NCBI GenBank assembly: GCA_026391215.1 | Contig: JAPLDX010000056.1 | Coordinates: forward strand, 44,827 to 108,826 | Length of the DNA: 64,000 bases | From: Bacteroidia bacterium | GTDB lineage: Bacteria; Bacteroidota; Bacteroidia; Bacteroidales; VadinHA17 | Direction: 5' to 3' | Shown here: positions 50,808-60,055 of the stretch, one piece after another | Layout: each line of letters starts with the position of its first letter | Numbering within the stretch: the stretch's first letter is position 1 | Notes under the pieces: model-generated | What the model was told of the DNA's origin: nothing | Database searches by the model: none | Seen by the model: only the letters and a program-made list of their open reading frames with translations | Position numbers and translations under genes: made by a program

Positions 50808-52043
50808 TCAGACAAGAAATTCCCTGGGAACATTTCTCAATCTTGAAACATCTTCAATTCTTTCTTTTATATTGAATCCGGCTGTGCATTTTACACTGCA
50901 GTTCAGGCAGTTACTGCATGAATCAGCGGGGAGACCTGCTTCCATAAGAGTATGCTGTGCATGTTTAAAATTCCTGTAACCATATGCATACATATAGCTC
51001 CGCATTACGGTTGGAATTTCCAGATTATAAGGGCATTGCGGAATGCATTGACGGCATTGGTGACAATATAAACCATTTTCAGAATCCAGGCTGGCAAGAC
51101 TGAGATCTTTCAGCTCCTGATCTGTCATCTTAAGATTTTTGATCATCGCAAGATTCTTCTGCAATTCTTCCATTGAGGACATGCCTGATACAATTGAGGA
51201 TATGTTTTCGTTCTGAAGCACCCATTTAAGGGCAGTATCAGAATTCAGCGGATTTACCTGGTTTTTATTGCGGAACGCTCCTGCTGTAGTTTTCATTGCC
51301 ACTATGCCCACTCCTGCTTTTGCTGCATAGGCAAGAGCTTCGTTCATCGATTCTTTATTCTCGGTCTTGTAATTATAACCAATCATCGCCACATCATAAA
51401 CTTTACTATCGGCAGCTGCGTGGAGAGCTTCTTCAATGCCTCCATGAGATGCAATACCCAGGAATTTTGTTTTACCCTGTTTCTTAAGGTCCTGTAAAGC
51501 TTTCAGGAGGGATTCATTCAACATTACATCCCTCTTCCCGGCATACGGGAGCAAAAATATATCAACATAGTCAAGTCCGAAACGACCCAGGCTGGCTGTA
51601 GCCTTCCTTACATATGCCTCTGCATTAAACTGTGCCGGCAGATTACCTGTTCGTGTATCCATCTCATCGGGAGGTGCAGCTGTTCCAATAAAGAATGAAT
51701 CTCTTGGCAAACCTTTCAATCCTTCGCCAACAAGTATTTCATTATTCCCCTCTCCATAATAAGTAGCAGAGAAGAAAAGCTTCAGACCAGCATAATATGC
51801 CGACTTCACAAAAGCAGGAGTGTTTGCTGATCCCGTTCCCATGCTGATAAGGGGAGTTTTTATCCCTGTTCTCCCTAGCACACGGACAGGAAGTTCCGGA
51901 ATCTTATCCTGTTCTTCATTTCCACGTACTGAAGCTTTAAGAGATCCGGGGATCAGTGCCATACCTGATAAACCAAGCATGCTCTTTTTTAGGAATTCAC
52001 GACGCTGACTATTTTTCATTGGTTTTGATTTATTGATATTCAA
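50808..52043 (-). CDS. Tat-exported aldo/keto reductase with C-terminal 4Fe-4S ferredoxin domain
   Basis: Twin-arginine signal QRREFLKKSMLGLSG, an AKR body, and C-terminal CHQCRQCIPQCP plus CSNCLNCSVKC. Confidence 0.75.
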   Translation of the reverse strand: MNINKSKPMKNSQRREFLKKSMLGLSGMALIPGSLKASVRGNEEQDKIPELPVRVLGRTGIKTPLISMGTGSANTPAFVKSAYYAGLKLFFSATYYGEGNNEILVGEGLKGLPRDSFFIGTAAPPDEMDTRTGNLPAQFNAEAYVRKATASLGRFGLDYVDIFLLPYAGKRDVMLNESLLKALQDLKKQGKTKFLGIASHGGIEEALHAAADSKVYDVAMIGYNYKTENKESMNEALAYAAKAGVGIVAMKTTAGAFRNKNQVNPLNSDTALKWVLQNENISSIVSGMSSMEELQKNLAMIKNLKMTDQELKDLSLASLDSENGLYCHQCRQCIPQCPYNLEIPTVMRSYMYAYGYRNFKHAQHTLMEAGLPADSCSNCLNCSVKCTAGFNIKERIEDVSRLRNVPREFLV

Positions 52044-52074
52044 TACTTATTATATGACAAAAATACATTCTATT

Positions 52075-53799
52075 TTATTCCAGCCTCTCAAAAAGCTGTT
52101 TAGCTGTTTCAACAGGGATCTCTTTTTTACCGAGCCATGCTCCAACTTTTGCATCATTGTAACCGTTTCTTATTAAAAGATCGGCATACTCTTCGGCACT
52201 TTCAAAGGTGATGAAAGTACCCATCAGGTAGATCATAGTATTATCAGGGAGTGTTACAATTTCAAGGCCCCTTGTTCCTGCCAGCTTGTTTATGCCTTCA
52301 AGGACATCATCTTTCAAGGGTTTTAAGGATCTTACCACTTCTACCCTGAATGTCAGTGTCGGCGGAAGAGTGTCAGCAGAAGCAATCCCGGCTTCCTTTA
52401 TCCGGATCAATGTTTTCTTCCCCCACTCCTTTTCAAGAGCTGCAGCTTTTTCTGCTGATACTGTTTTGCCTCCATAGAGCGCCGCAACAAAAGCATCCTT
52501 GAATCCTTTTTTCCTGACTGTTACCAGTGCCTTATTTGCATCAGCCAGTTTCCTGAACATTCCTGCATAATATACTTTCAGATCTTTACCTGCTACTTTA
52601 AATCCATAAACCGGGGAGATGCCTTTAAAATATGAAGAGATCACAGGATTACGGAATACTGCCACCTGTATCCGGTATATAAGTCCGGGAGGCACTTCAG
52701 GATCCATTGAAATCTTTTCATCAGAGACGCCGGCTTTAACTTCAAAAACTGAATAAACCTCAACTGGCCTGGGCCCGGCGGGAGTTTTAGCAATAGTCTT
52801 AGCAACTGAGTCTGCAAGAGGCTGAATCTCAGTTGGTTTGATAATGACTTCCTGGTTAATAGTGTCCCTGGTGATTATTAAAGTATCCTTTACTGTATCA
52901 GCCTTTTTATCAACTATCAGAGTATCAGAGAGCTTACCTTTATTGGTTGTTGAATCTGTTGCTGCAGGGACAGTTATAAGTCCTGCAGTGAAAGGTTTTT
53001 TGTTCATTGCTGCCTGTGCTTCACTGTATTTACTGTCAGCCTGTTCCTGGAAAGAAGCTGCAAGACTTTCAGTTTCAGTAATTGCTGTCTTCACTTTTGT
53101 ACGTTCTGCATAACTTCCTTTTTCCAGTCCTTTTTTCTGATCTTCAGCAATTTTGTAGAGTGAATCGGCTTTATACTGCAGTTCAAGAGCATCAGACAAC
53201 AACTTCTCATAATCTATTGAGACAGTATCACTTACAAGGGGCGCCTTCACACGATCTTCATCAGTAGGAATGATCTTCTTTTCCGCCTGCTGTGCTACCT
53301 GCACTGCCAGGCGGCCTTCTTTTCTTTCACATTGCTGGATGAATTCAGGAATACCCAGATCTCTGGAAGCCTTTTTACCATTGAGGTCACTAAAGGAACT
53401 ATAAGATATTATCGCTTCGTTATACTTACCTGACAAGTGCTGTGCCCTCCCCAGCCAGAACATTGCATCTGCAGGGATTGTCCTGACAACGGCAGAACCC
53501 TGTTGTGCCTGTTTAAGGAGTGTCACAGCTTTTTCCGGTTCACGGTTCAGCTTAATAAGGCATACACCTGAGTAATACTTATAAATAGGATCTTTCGGGT
53601 ATGCTATCAGAAGCTCACTGAAATCGCTGGAGGCCTTTTCATAATCACCATTTGAAAATGCCTCGAGAGAAGATTGTCTCGAAGGCTTACCTGCTTCCTG
53701 TGAAAGGATATCTGCTGATGAAAATAGAAAAGCCAGAGTCATCAGTAAACAGATGATATGACATCGTGCAATAAGGCCGGATATTATACGTGAATCCAC
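52075..53799 (-). CDS. TPR-repeat / SPOR-domain envelope protein
   Basis: 574 aa. N-terminal hydrophobic anchor, TPR-like helices, and SPOR-like C-terminal domains (YRIQVAVFRNP..., FRVEVVRS...). Confidence 0.6.
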   Translation of the reverse strand: MDSRIISGLIARCHIICLLMTLAFLFSSADILSQEAGKPSRQSSLEAFSNGDYEKASSDFSELLIAYPKDPIYKYYSGVCLIKLNREPEKAVTLLKQAQQGSAVVRTIPADAMFWLGRAQHLSGKYNEAIISYSSFSDLNGKKASRDLGIPEFIQQCERKEGRLAVQVAQQAEKKIIPTDEDRVKAPLVSDTVSIDYEKLLSDALELQYKADSLYKIAEDQKKGLEKGSYAERTKVKTAITETESLAASFQEQADSKYSEAQAAMNKKPFTAGLITVPAATDSTTNKGKLSDTLIVDKKADTVKDTLIITRDTINQEVIIKPTEIQPLADSVAKTIAKTPAGPRPVEVYSVFEVKAGVSDEKISMDPEVPPGLIYRIQVAVFRNPVISSYFKGISPVYGFKVAGKDLKVYYAGMFRKLADANKALVTVRKKGFKDAFVAALYGGKTVSAEKAAALEKEWGKKTLIRIKEAGIASADTLPPTLTFRVEVVRSLKPLKDDVLEGINKLAGTRGLEIVTLPDNTMIYLMGTFITFESAEEYADLLIRNGYNDAKVGAWLGKKEIPVETAKQLFERLE

Positions 53800-53946
53800 A
53801 AATAGTTAATTTTCAGATTATTATGAGATAGCTTAAAATATTGTTACAACTGTTTTTGTTAATAATTAAAAATCTGTTTTTATTCTGAAAACAATTCAAA
53901 CTTCGTAAATTTATTTATAATCTAAAAGAGGAAAAACCTTATCTTT

Positions 53947-55035
53947 TTAATTTATCAGAACACTATTCACCATTTTACTGTGGCATTTCAATACCCGACT
54001 TTTTTCAATATCTCTAAGGCATATGCCATTGCCTAAGCAATATTTATAATTTTTACAGCTTGCGCATTGATTTGTTTTTGTCCAGTCTCTATTTCTAAAC
54101 GGCTGATATTTAGTAGTCCACACGTCTATCAAACTCTCTTGAAGTATGTTTCCTTGAATCAATTTTCTATTGATATTTGGACAAGCAGAGATAGAACCGT
54201 CATGTAATATTGATGCAATATTTATTCCTGCCCTGCAAAAATAGAATTCATCTCTCACCACTCCTTCATAGTTCTCTAAAAATCCGTCACAACCATAGTT
54301 TATGTTTATTCCCTTTCGTTTTTTCGCATTCTTAATAAACTCTAATGTTTGGATTAATTCTTTTCCATTAATATTCAATTCTTTATGTTTGCTTGCTCTC
54401 CCAATCGGGTCAATTGTAAATAACCTCCAATTCTTCACATTTAAGCCAATAAGCAAGTCATAAATTTTATCGAGTTCACCAATATTTCTTAATGTAACGC
54501 AGGTTGCAACATCAAATGTAATATTCTCATATTTTGAAACTAAACTTATCGCCTTAACGGTTCTATCGAAACTCAGCGCATTATTTCTAAGCCAATTGTG
54601 ACTATCCTTTAGTCCGTCTAAGCTAATTGTTAGTGAAGTTAATCCACTTTCGATTAAATTAGTTAATCGTTCATTATCCAAAAGAAAACCATTTGTTACT
54701 AATCCCCACTTATAGCCTAATTTCGAAATTTCTGAGCCGAAAATCTCAATGTCTTTGCGAATCAATGGTTCTCCACCTGTAATTACAACATGAGGTAGTT
54801 TATTACCAACCAGCTTTTTAATTCTAGCTAATTCAATTACTATTAGCTGATAAGGTAAATCATTTGAGTTTTCAATACCGCAATTACTTCCACAATGCAA
54901 ACAACTGAAATTACATTTCAGGGTGCACTCCCAGAACAAATATTTTAAATCATGTAGTTGAGTTTGAGATTTTCTAAATGACTGGAATAGCCTTAAACTC
55001 AGCTTTTTTTGCAAATTCATTTTATTTTGCACCAT
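53947..55035 (-). CDS. Radical SAM / SPASM-domain enzyme
   Basis: CNFSCLHC (CxxxCxxC) near aa 41-48, ITGGEP, and a C-terminal Cys-rich SPASM region (CRAGINIASILHDGSISACPN ... CASCKNYKYCLGNGIC). Confidence 0.85.
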   Translation of the reverse strand: MVQNKMNLQKKLSLRLFQSFRKSQTQLHDLKYLFWECTLKCNFSCLHCGSNCGIENSNDLPYQLIVIELARIKKLVGNKLPHVVITGGEPLIRKDIEIFGSEISKLGYKWGLVTNGFLLDNERLTNLIESGLTSLTISLDGLKDSHNWLRNNALSFDRTVKAISLVSKYENITFDVATCVTLRNIGELDKIYDLLIGLNVKNWRLFTIDPIGRASKHKELNINGKELIQTLEFIKNAKKRKGININYGCDGFLENYEGVVRDEFYFCRAGINIASILHDGSISACPNINRKLIQGNILQESLIDVWTTKYQPFRNRDWTKTNQCASCKNYKYCLGNGICLRDIEKSRVLKCHSKMVNSVLIN

Positions 55036-55433
55036 TACTTCGGATTTAAGACAAAATCGCAGTTCTCTAACTCGTTCGGAAGTAATTCCACTGTTTTAGT
55101 CGAATTCTGAAATTCACCATTATCAGCACCGTCAATATCTTTTGCTTCAACTGTGTATTGTTGTGGTTCTAAGTACTCAACAACATAGTTACCAGTATTA
55201 TCTGTTTTAATGGTTCTTGAATTTTCTTTTATTGAAATTTCGATATCCTTAATTGCCTCGCCCGAACCTGAAGATGTTACTTTACCTTTTATAGTTCCTG
55301 TAATATCTGCAATATCACCATATTTGCAACACATGGTCAATAAAGAAATGCTACCAAATCCAAATGCAAAACCTGCATTTTTTAAAATTTTCCGCAGCAG
55401 ATAGTCTTTTACTCTAATTTTTTGGTTCTTCAT
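55035..55433 (-). CDS. Radical-SAM-associated putative lipoprotein (transthyretin/CarboxypepD_reg-like beta-sandwich)
   Basis: 132 aa. Long basic N-region, then SISLLTMCC (lipobox followed by a second Cys), then GTIKGKVTSSGSGEAIKDIEISI...TDNTGNYVV. Its stop overlaps the rSAM start (TAATG). Confidence 0.6.
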   Translation of the reverse strand: MKNQKIRVKDYLLRKILKNAGFAFGFGSISLLTMCCKYGDIADITGTIKGKVTSSGSGEAIKDIEISIKENSRTIKTDNTGNYVVEYLEPQQYTVEAKDIDGADNGEFQNSTKTVELLPNELENCDFVLNPK

Positions 55434-55536
55434 AAATCATTCAATTTTTAATGATACACAAGGTACTTGTATACATAATTTGGGGGTAAAGAGTTACTTT
55501 CTTGCATCAATATTTGTTCGAATATAATCATACTTT

Positions 55537-56655
55537 CTAATCTATCTTTTTAATTGTATAGAACTCAGAAAAGTTAATGCTATATCCTAAATCCCTTTGA
55601 GGAAAGAATATCAATCCCATATGCAAAGATTCAATCAAATCTGATTTACTCCAACTTTCTCCACCATCTTTAGTTTCATAGCAAATGCTGCCTTTAAATG
55701 TTGGAAAATCACCGCCCTCATAAACCGCAACATTTTCAATATTAAATCCTTCATTTTCATCATAAAAATGCAATGTTCCAAAATTTGTAAATGGAAAATC
55801 AGTTTTAATCCAGTTTAAACCACCGTCAACCGTTTTGTACACAGCCGTTATGCCATCAATAAATCCAATATTCTCGCTGTAGAAGTATATGTGATTAACA
55901 TCATGGTATGCTTCAATGGGTGTGCTTATTGTTTCCCAATTATAACCATAATCTAAACTTTTAAATATTTTTTGGTTTTCGCCGGCAATAAAAATTATAT
56001 TATCGACATAAAATAATTTATCATCGGAAGGTCTGATTGGTAAATAAATCAAATTCCAGTGTATTCCCCCATCTGAAGTAAGCGCGATATGTTCATTCTT
56101 TGAATACGGATAATTTGGAGTTTTAATAAGTGCAACACCATTTAAAGTATTAAAGAATTTTAATGATAATATTCGTGAATAATCAGGGAAAAATGTCTTT
56201 GTCCAAGTTTCTCCGCCATCGGTAGTTTTCAATAATACAGAGCCTTTGTCACAATCTGCATCCAAACAACCCCCCATTGCCTGACTTGATGCAAATCCGA
56301 CATTTTCATCAAGAAAAAATACGGAATGCAAGTGTAATGTAGTTCCAGAATTCAGTTCATGCCATGTTTTCCCTGAGTCTACTGTTTTAAGTATATCTCC
56401 ATTATATCCAACGACAAAACCAACACTTGAATTTAAGAAAAATATGTCCCGTGGATTTATGTCAAAACCGTAAATCGATTTTGAAATCACCAAATCATTT
56501 ACAATAATGGTATCCCCATTAATAGAAACATAAACAGACTTGTCTTCATGGTTAATAGGTTCTTTAGTACAATCGAATAATATTGTTGCAGATAAAAGAA
56601 TCGCAATGTTTAATTTAAGAATAGTAAATACTATATCAAAAGTTGGTCGATGCAT
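55537..56655 (-). CDS. BNR/Asp-box beta-propeller lipoprotein (Ycf48/sortilin-like)
   Basis: Lipobox ILFDC. Six Asp-box-like motifs: VDSGKTW, TDGGETW, SDGGIHW, LDYGYNW, VDGGLNW, KDGGESW. Confidence 0.7.
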   Translation of the reverse strand: MHRPTFDIVFTILKLNIAILLSATILFDCTKEPINHEDKSVYVSINGDTIIVNDLVISKSIYGFDINPRDIFFLNSSVGFVVGYNGDILKTVDSGKTWHELNSGTTLHLHSVFFLDENVGFASSQAMGGCLDADCDKGSVLLKTTDGGETWTKTFFPDYSRILSLKFFNTLNGVALIKTPNYPYSKNEHIALTSDGGIHWNLIYLPIRPSDDKLFYVDNIIFIAGENQKIFKSLDYGYNWETISTPIEAYHDVNHIYFYSENIGFIDGITAVYKTVDGGLNWIKTDFPFTNFGTLHFYDENEGFNIENVAVYEGGDFPTFKGSICYETKDGGESWSKSDLIESLHMGLIFFPQRDLGYSINFSEFYTIKKID

Positions 56656-56671
56656 TTTTTTGTATTTTCAT

Positions 56672-57124
56672 TTATTTCATTTGTTTTCCAAGATAAGTTC
56701 CATCTGGCTGCTTTACTTTTATGGTGAAGTTTTCGGGTAAAGAATCTCTATTACATAGAATTTTACGATTCAGATACACCATAATATCTGGACAAATAGT
56801 GGCATTGACCTGAACATTTTTCCACGCTTCAATGATTACATCCCGATTTTGTCTGGAAATATTAAAGCGACTGAAACTTGAGCATCCATTGGAACTGATT
56901 GTTCCCCAAAAATTAATCTCGAACAATCCATTATATAGTAGTGTTTCGGGTGTTTCAGGGTAGCTAATTGTAAGACTATCAACTTTTATCAGGTATTCTT
57001 TATAGATTGATTCTTTGATTGATTCTTTTGTACAGGATGTAAAGGATGTAATTAGTCCTGAGACAAATAATAGCTTAGCAGTAAATAGAAAATTATACTT
57101 ACAAAAATTACATTTTGGTTTCAT
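56672..57124 (-). CDS. Small lipoprotein, unknown function
   Basis: 150 aa, signal plus lipobox (ITSFTSC-TKES). Lies 16 nt upstream of the propeller gene. Confidence 0.5.
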   Translation of the reverse strand: MKPKCNFCKYNFLFTAKLLFVSGLITSFTSCTKESIKESIYKEYLIKVDSLTISYPETPETLLYNGLFEINFWGTISSNGCSSFSRFNISRQNRDVIIEAWKNVQVNATICPDIMVYLNRKILCNRDSLPENFTIKVKQPDGTYLGKQMK

Positions 57125-57249
57125 ATTCTTTTGATTGTAGCTGATGTTTATTTACTTATCATATTTACATTTTCGAGGAACTTTTTGTTTTTTGCATTGA
57201 ATCCTTTGCCAAAACATAATCAATAATCAGGAGTATGATAATAGATTAA

Positions 57250-57630
57250 TTAATATTTCAATTTGCCACTACTTAGAGAAACTACTAAAGTGTCGTTGTC
57301 TTTATAAGCCATAACTTTAGTGTTTACTTCAAATTCTCCGCTTGGGACAGAGGTTACCCTAAAAGAAATTACTAAATCTTTATTAAAATTCTTTTTTGAA
57401 TCCAATTCAACATTTGCATCAAACATCACACCGTCTCCATAAGTTCTGACAGTCACTTTATTGCCATTTGTAGAACCCTCTAATTTCAGGTTTACCATTC
57501 CTCCAGCATTACCTAATCTAGTGAGATACCATTGAGAATTTGTAATGTTAAGTGTAGCAGGACTATTATTTTCTTTTTCAGAACAAGAAGCAAATACAAT
57601 AATTGCCAAAAGAAATACTATATTTTTCAA
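57250..57630 (-). CDS. Small lipoprotein, unknown function
   Basis: 126 aa, signal plus lipobox (IVFASC-SEKEN), beta-rich sequence. Confidence 0.55.
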   Translation of the reverse strand: MKNIVFLLAIIVFASCSEKENNSPATLNITNSQWYLTRLGNAGGMVNLKLEGSTNGNKVTVRTYGDGVMFDANVELDSKKNFNKDLVISFRVTSVPSGEFEVNTKVMAYKDNDTLVVSLSSGKLKY

Positions 57631-57700
57631 AATTTATGTATTATTTAATAATACAATTATCATAATCGAGAATCCAATTTTTTTCATTGTATTACCAACG

Positions 57701-58768
57701 TTATCTTTTCTTTAATGTATATATCTTATAATTACTTATACAGTAAGCAAAATCATTTGTTACAAAATTAATTGTACCAAATCCAAATCTTTTTAATAAA
57801 TCAGACTTTGTCCAGTTTCTCCCGCCATCTGCTGTAGTATAAACGTATGTTCCAATAAAAGAAGGGAAATCGCCACCTATATATGCGGAAGTATCAACAA
57901 TCCAAATTCCGTATTTATAATTACAAAAATGGAAATCCTCAAAAGGCTGTGATGGAGTTGAAAAGAACTTGAATGGAAATTTAATTTCTTGCCATGTATT
58001 TCCACCGTCAGTAGTTTTGAACTTTTTATCTACACAATCCACAAAACCAGTTTTTTCATCAATAAAATAGAATCCACGAATGAAATTTGCTGGTGTTTTT
58101 GGTATATTTATTGTACTCCAAGAAAAACCCTTATAAGTACTTTTATAAATTCTTTGATTCGTTCCTGTTGCATAACTTAATCCCCCCAAATAAAACAACC
58201 CTTTAAATGATTGGTTTAACTCCAGGTTATTATCAGCCCACCAACTTTCTCCACCATCGGAAGTTCTCATAAGATGTGCACCTGAATTATCATAATTTAT
58301 TGCAGTGGCATATAGAGAATCAAAAAATTTCATCGAATACAATCTATATGCAGTAGTGTAATGTCGTTTTGTCCAATGCTTACCACCATCAACTGTTTTA
58401 TACAAAGTGCCATAGTAATCGCCATTAAGGACATTCCCAATTCCATATATAAATCCAGTAGAATCATTTATAAATGATAAGGTAGTTGTCGTTACTCCTA
58501 ATGAATCTTTTTCAATATCTGATTGTTCCCATGACCTTGCATAATCTGTAGTTTTTAGCAGATAACCATTTGAGCCAATAATATATCCGGTTTTTGAATC
58601 AATAAAATCAACATCTTCAGGATATAACCATCTATAATTAAAATCAATTGAGTCTAATTGCCATCCTTTAATTATATCATTGGGAAAATCGTATTCATCC
58701 TTTATACAATTTGAAAGAGTAGTAGTTATGAAAGTAATAATTAACAAGAAATAGATTCTGTATTTCAT
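57701..58768 (-). CDS. BNR/Asp-box beta-propeller lipoprotein, paralog of 55537-56655
   Basis: I place the start at MKYRIYFLLIITFITTTLSNC (ATG 58768), which overlaps the upstream stop as TAATG. Motifs: TDYARSW, VDGGKHW, SDGGESW, TDGGNTW, ADGGRNW. Confidence 0.7.
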   Translation of the reverse strand: MKYRIYFLLIITFITTTLSNCIKDEYDFPNDIIKGWQLDSIDFNYRWLYPEDVDFIDSKTGYIIGSNGYLLKTTDYARSWEQSDIEKDSLGVTTTTLSFINDSTGFIYGIGNVLNGDYYGTLYKTVDGGKHWTKRHYTTAYRLYSMKFFDSLYATAINYDNSGAHLMRTSDGGESWWADNNLELNQSFKGLFYLGGLSYATGTNQRIYKSTYKGFSWSTINIPKTPANFIRGFYFIDEKTGFVDCVDKKFKTTDGGNTWQEIKFPFKFFSTPSQPFEDFHFCNYKYGIWIVDTSAYIGGDFPSFIGTYVYTTADGGRNWTKSDLLKRFGFGTINFVTNDFAYCISNYKIYTLKKR

Positions 58769-59187
58769 TATTTGATTTTCCTGAATGTAAGGCATGATTT
58801 TTTAGTATCAATGTATTTGCAGAACTTGCCAATATTAATTGTCAAATTTGGTTCGTCAAACTTGAAATGGTAAGTTCCTCCTTCCCTTGAACTCGATAAC
58901 CCACTTATTACCGAAATACTATCTTCAGTAATTTTGTACCAATAAGCATCACTACCTATCTTTGGTAGCCAATAGCCATTGGTCATCGCAAAACCTCTGG
59001 ATAGACAAAAGTAGCCTGATATACTGTCTGAATGAAAACTAATTGTATCAGTTTTAGTACTTGTTTCGACCCATGTGCCCGTTAGTCCCTTCGGAAGTGT
59101 GCCTGGGTCTGGGAAATCATCTTTCTTTTCACAGTTTGTTAGAAAGCAGACGAAGATAAGGAGAACAATGAATTTTACGTGTTCCAT
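58768..59187 (-). CDS. Small lipoprotein, unknown function
   Basis: I place the start at MEHVKFIVLLIFVCFLTNC-EKKDD (ATG 59187), giving 139 aa. Confidence 0.5.
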   Translation of the reverse strand: MEHVKFIVLLIFVCFLTNCEKKDDFPDPGTLPKGLTGTWVETSTKTDTISFHSDSISGYFCLSRGFAMTNGYWLPKIGSDAYWYKITEDSISVISGLSSSREGGTYHFKFDEPNLTINIGKFCKYIDTKKSCLTFRKIK

Positions 59188-59218
59188 TTGTTTGCTGCTT
59201 AAGGTGTAATAAAACTTA

Positions 59219-60055
59219 TTATTGGTAATATTCATATCTGCAACAATACCATTCTCCATACTTGGTCGGATGATATCCTATGTATTCAATAACATTCCCA
59301 TCTTTATACGTTGTTTTATCGGAAATAAAATCTCCATACGGACCGTCATAGTATGATTCAACAATTACTTTATCATCTGATTCAGAATAAGTAAACGTTA
59401 TTTCAACTAAAATTGACCAATTTCGGTCATATTCAATAGTCGTTATAATGTTTGAACCTTCATAAGTATAAATTGTATAAATACCTTCAGGATTTTCAAT
59501 CTTTTTTATTTTGTTTTTATTTGAATCATATTCATAAATAATGCTCCACTCTGTACTATTTTCGAAACTATAATCATATTCAGACATTAAAAGATTATTC
59601 GCAAAAGAATATATAATACTATCTGTCAATTCATTTTTGATATATCTTTTTTCGACTATTTTATTCCCCACATAACTATATTTATATATATAGATTAAAC
59701 TAAAATCAGATTCAGTCTGGTCAGAATAATTTTGCCCTTCCATTGCATAAAATTTCTTATTTAATAAAACTCCTTTATCAGAGTATTCATATGTATATGA
59801 AGCATAAACAGGATTAGGATAGTTCGAAAGTAATTTCCTCTTTAAATTCCAGTCTTCATCATATGAATAAGAAATAAAACTATATGGTATAGTATCAGAA
59901 GAAGATGAATAATTGTACTGGGTCTTTATTTTACCAATACTGTGTACATTATATTCGTCCTCCGGAATAATGTTGTTGTTCTCAGGAAGAAGGTTGTCTT
60001 TCTCACAGGAATAAAAAATAAGAGAAAAGATAAATATCAATGCTATCTTTCTCAC
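59219..60055 (-). CDS. Tyr/Glu/Ser-rich repeat lipoprotein (YD-like beta-hairpin repeats)
   Basis: 278 aa. Lipobox LIFYSC-EKDN. Recurrent Y-x-Y-(D/E)-x-x-x-N/K short repeats (YSYDEDWNL, YTYEYSDKG, YEYDSNKNK). Confidence 0.55.
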   Translation of the reverse strand: MRKIALIFIFSLIFYSCEKDNLLPENNNIIPEDEYNVHSIGKIKTQYNYSSSSDTIPYSFISYSYDEDWNLKRKLLSNYPNPVYASYTYEYSDKGVLLNKKFYAMEGQNYSDQTESDFSLIYIYKYSYVGNKIVEKRYIKNELTDSIIYSFANNLLMSEYDYSFENSTEWSIIYEYDSNKNKIKKIENPEGIYTIYTYEGSNIITTIEYDRNWSILVEITFTYSESDDKVIVESYYDGPYGDFISDKTTYKDGNVIEYIGYHPTKYGEWYCCRYEYYQ

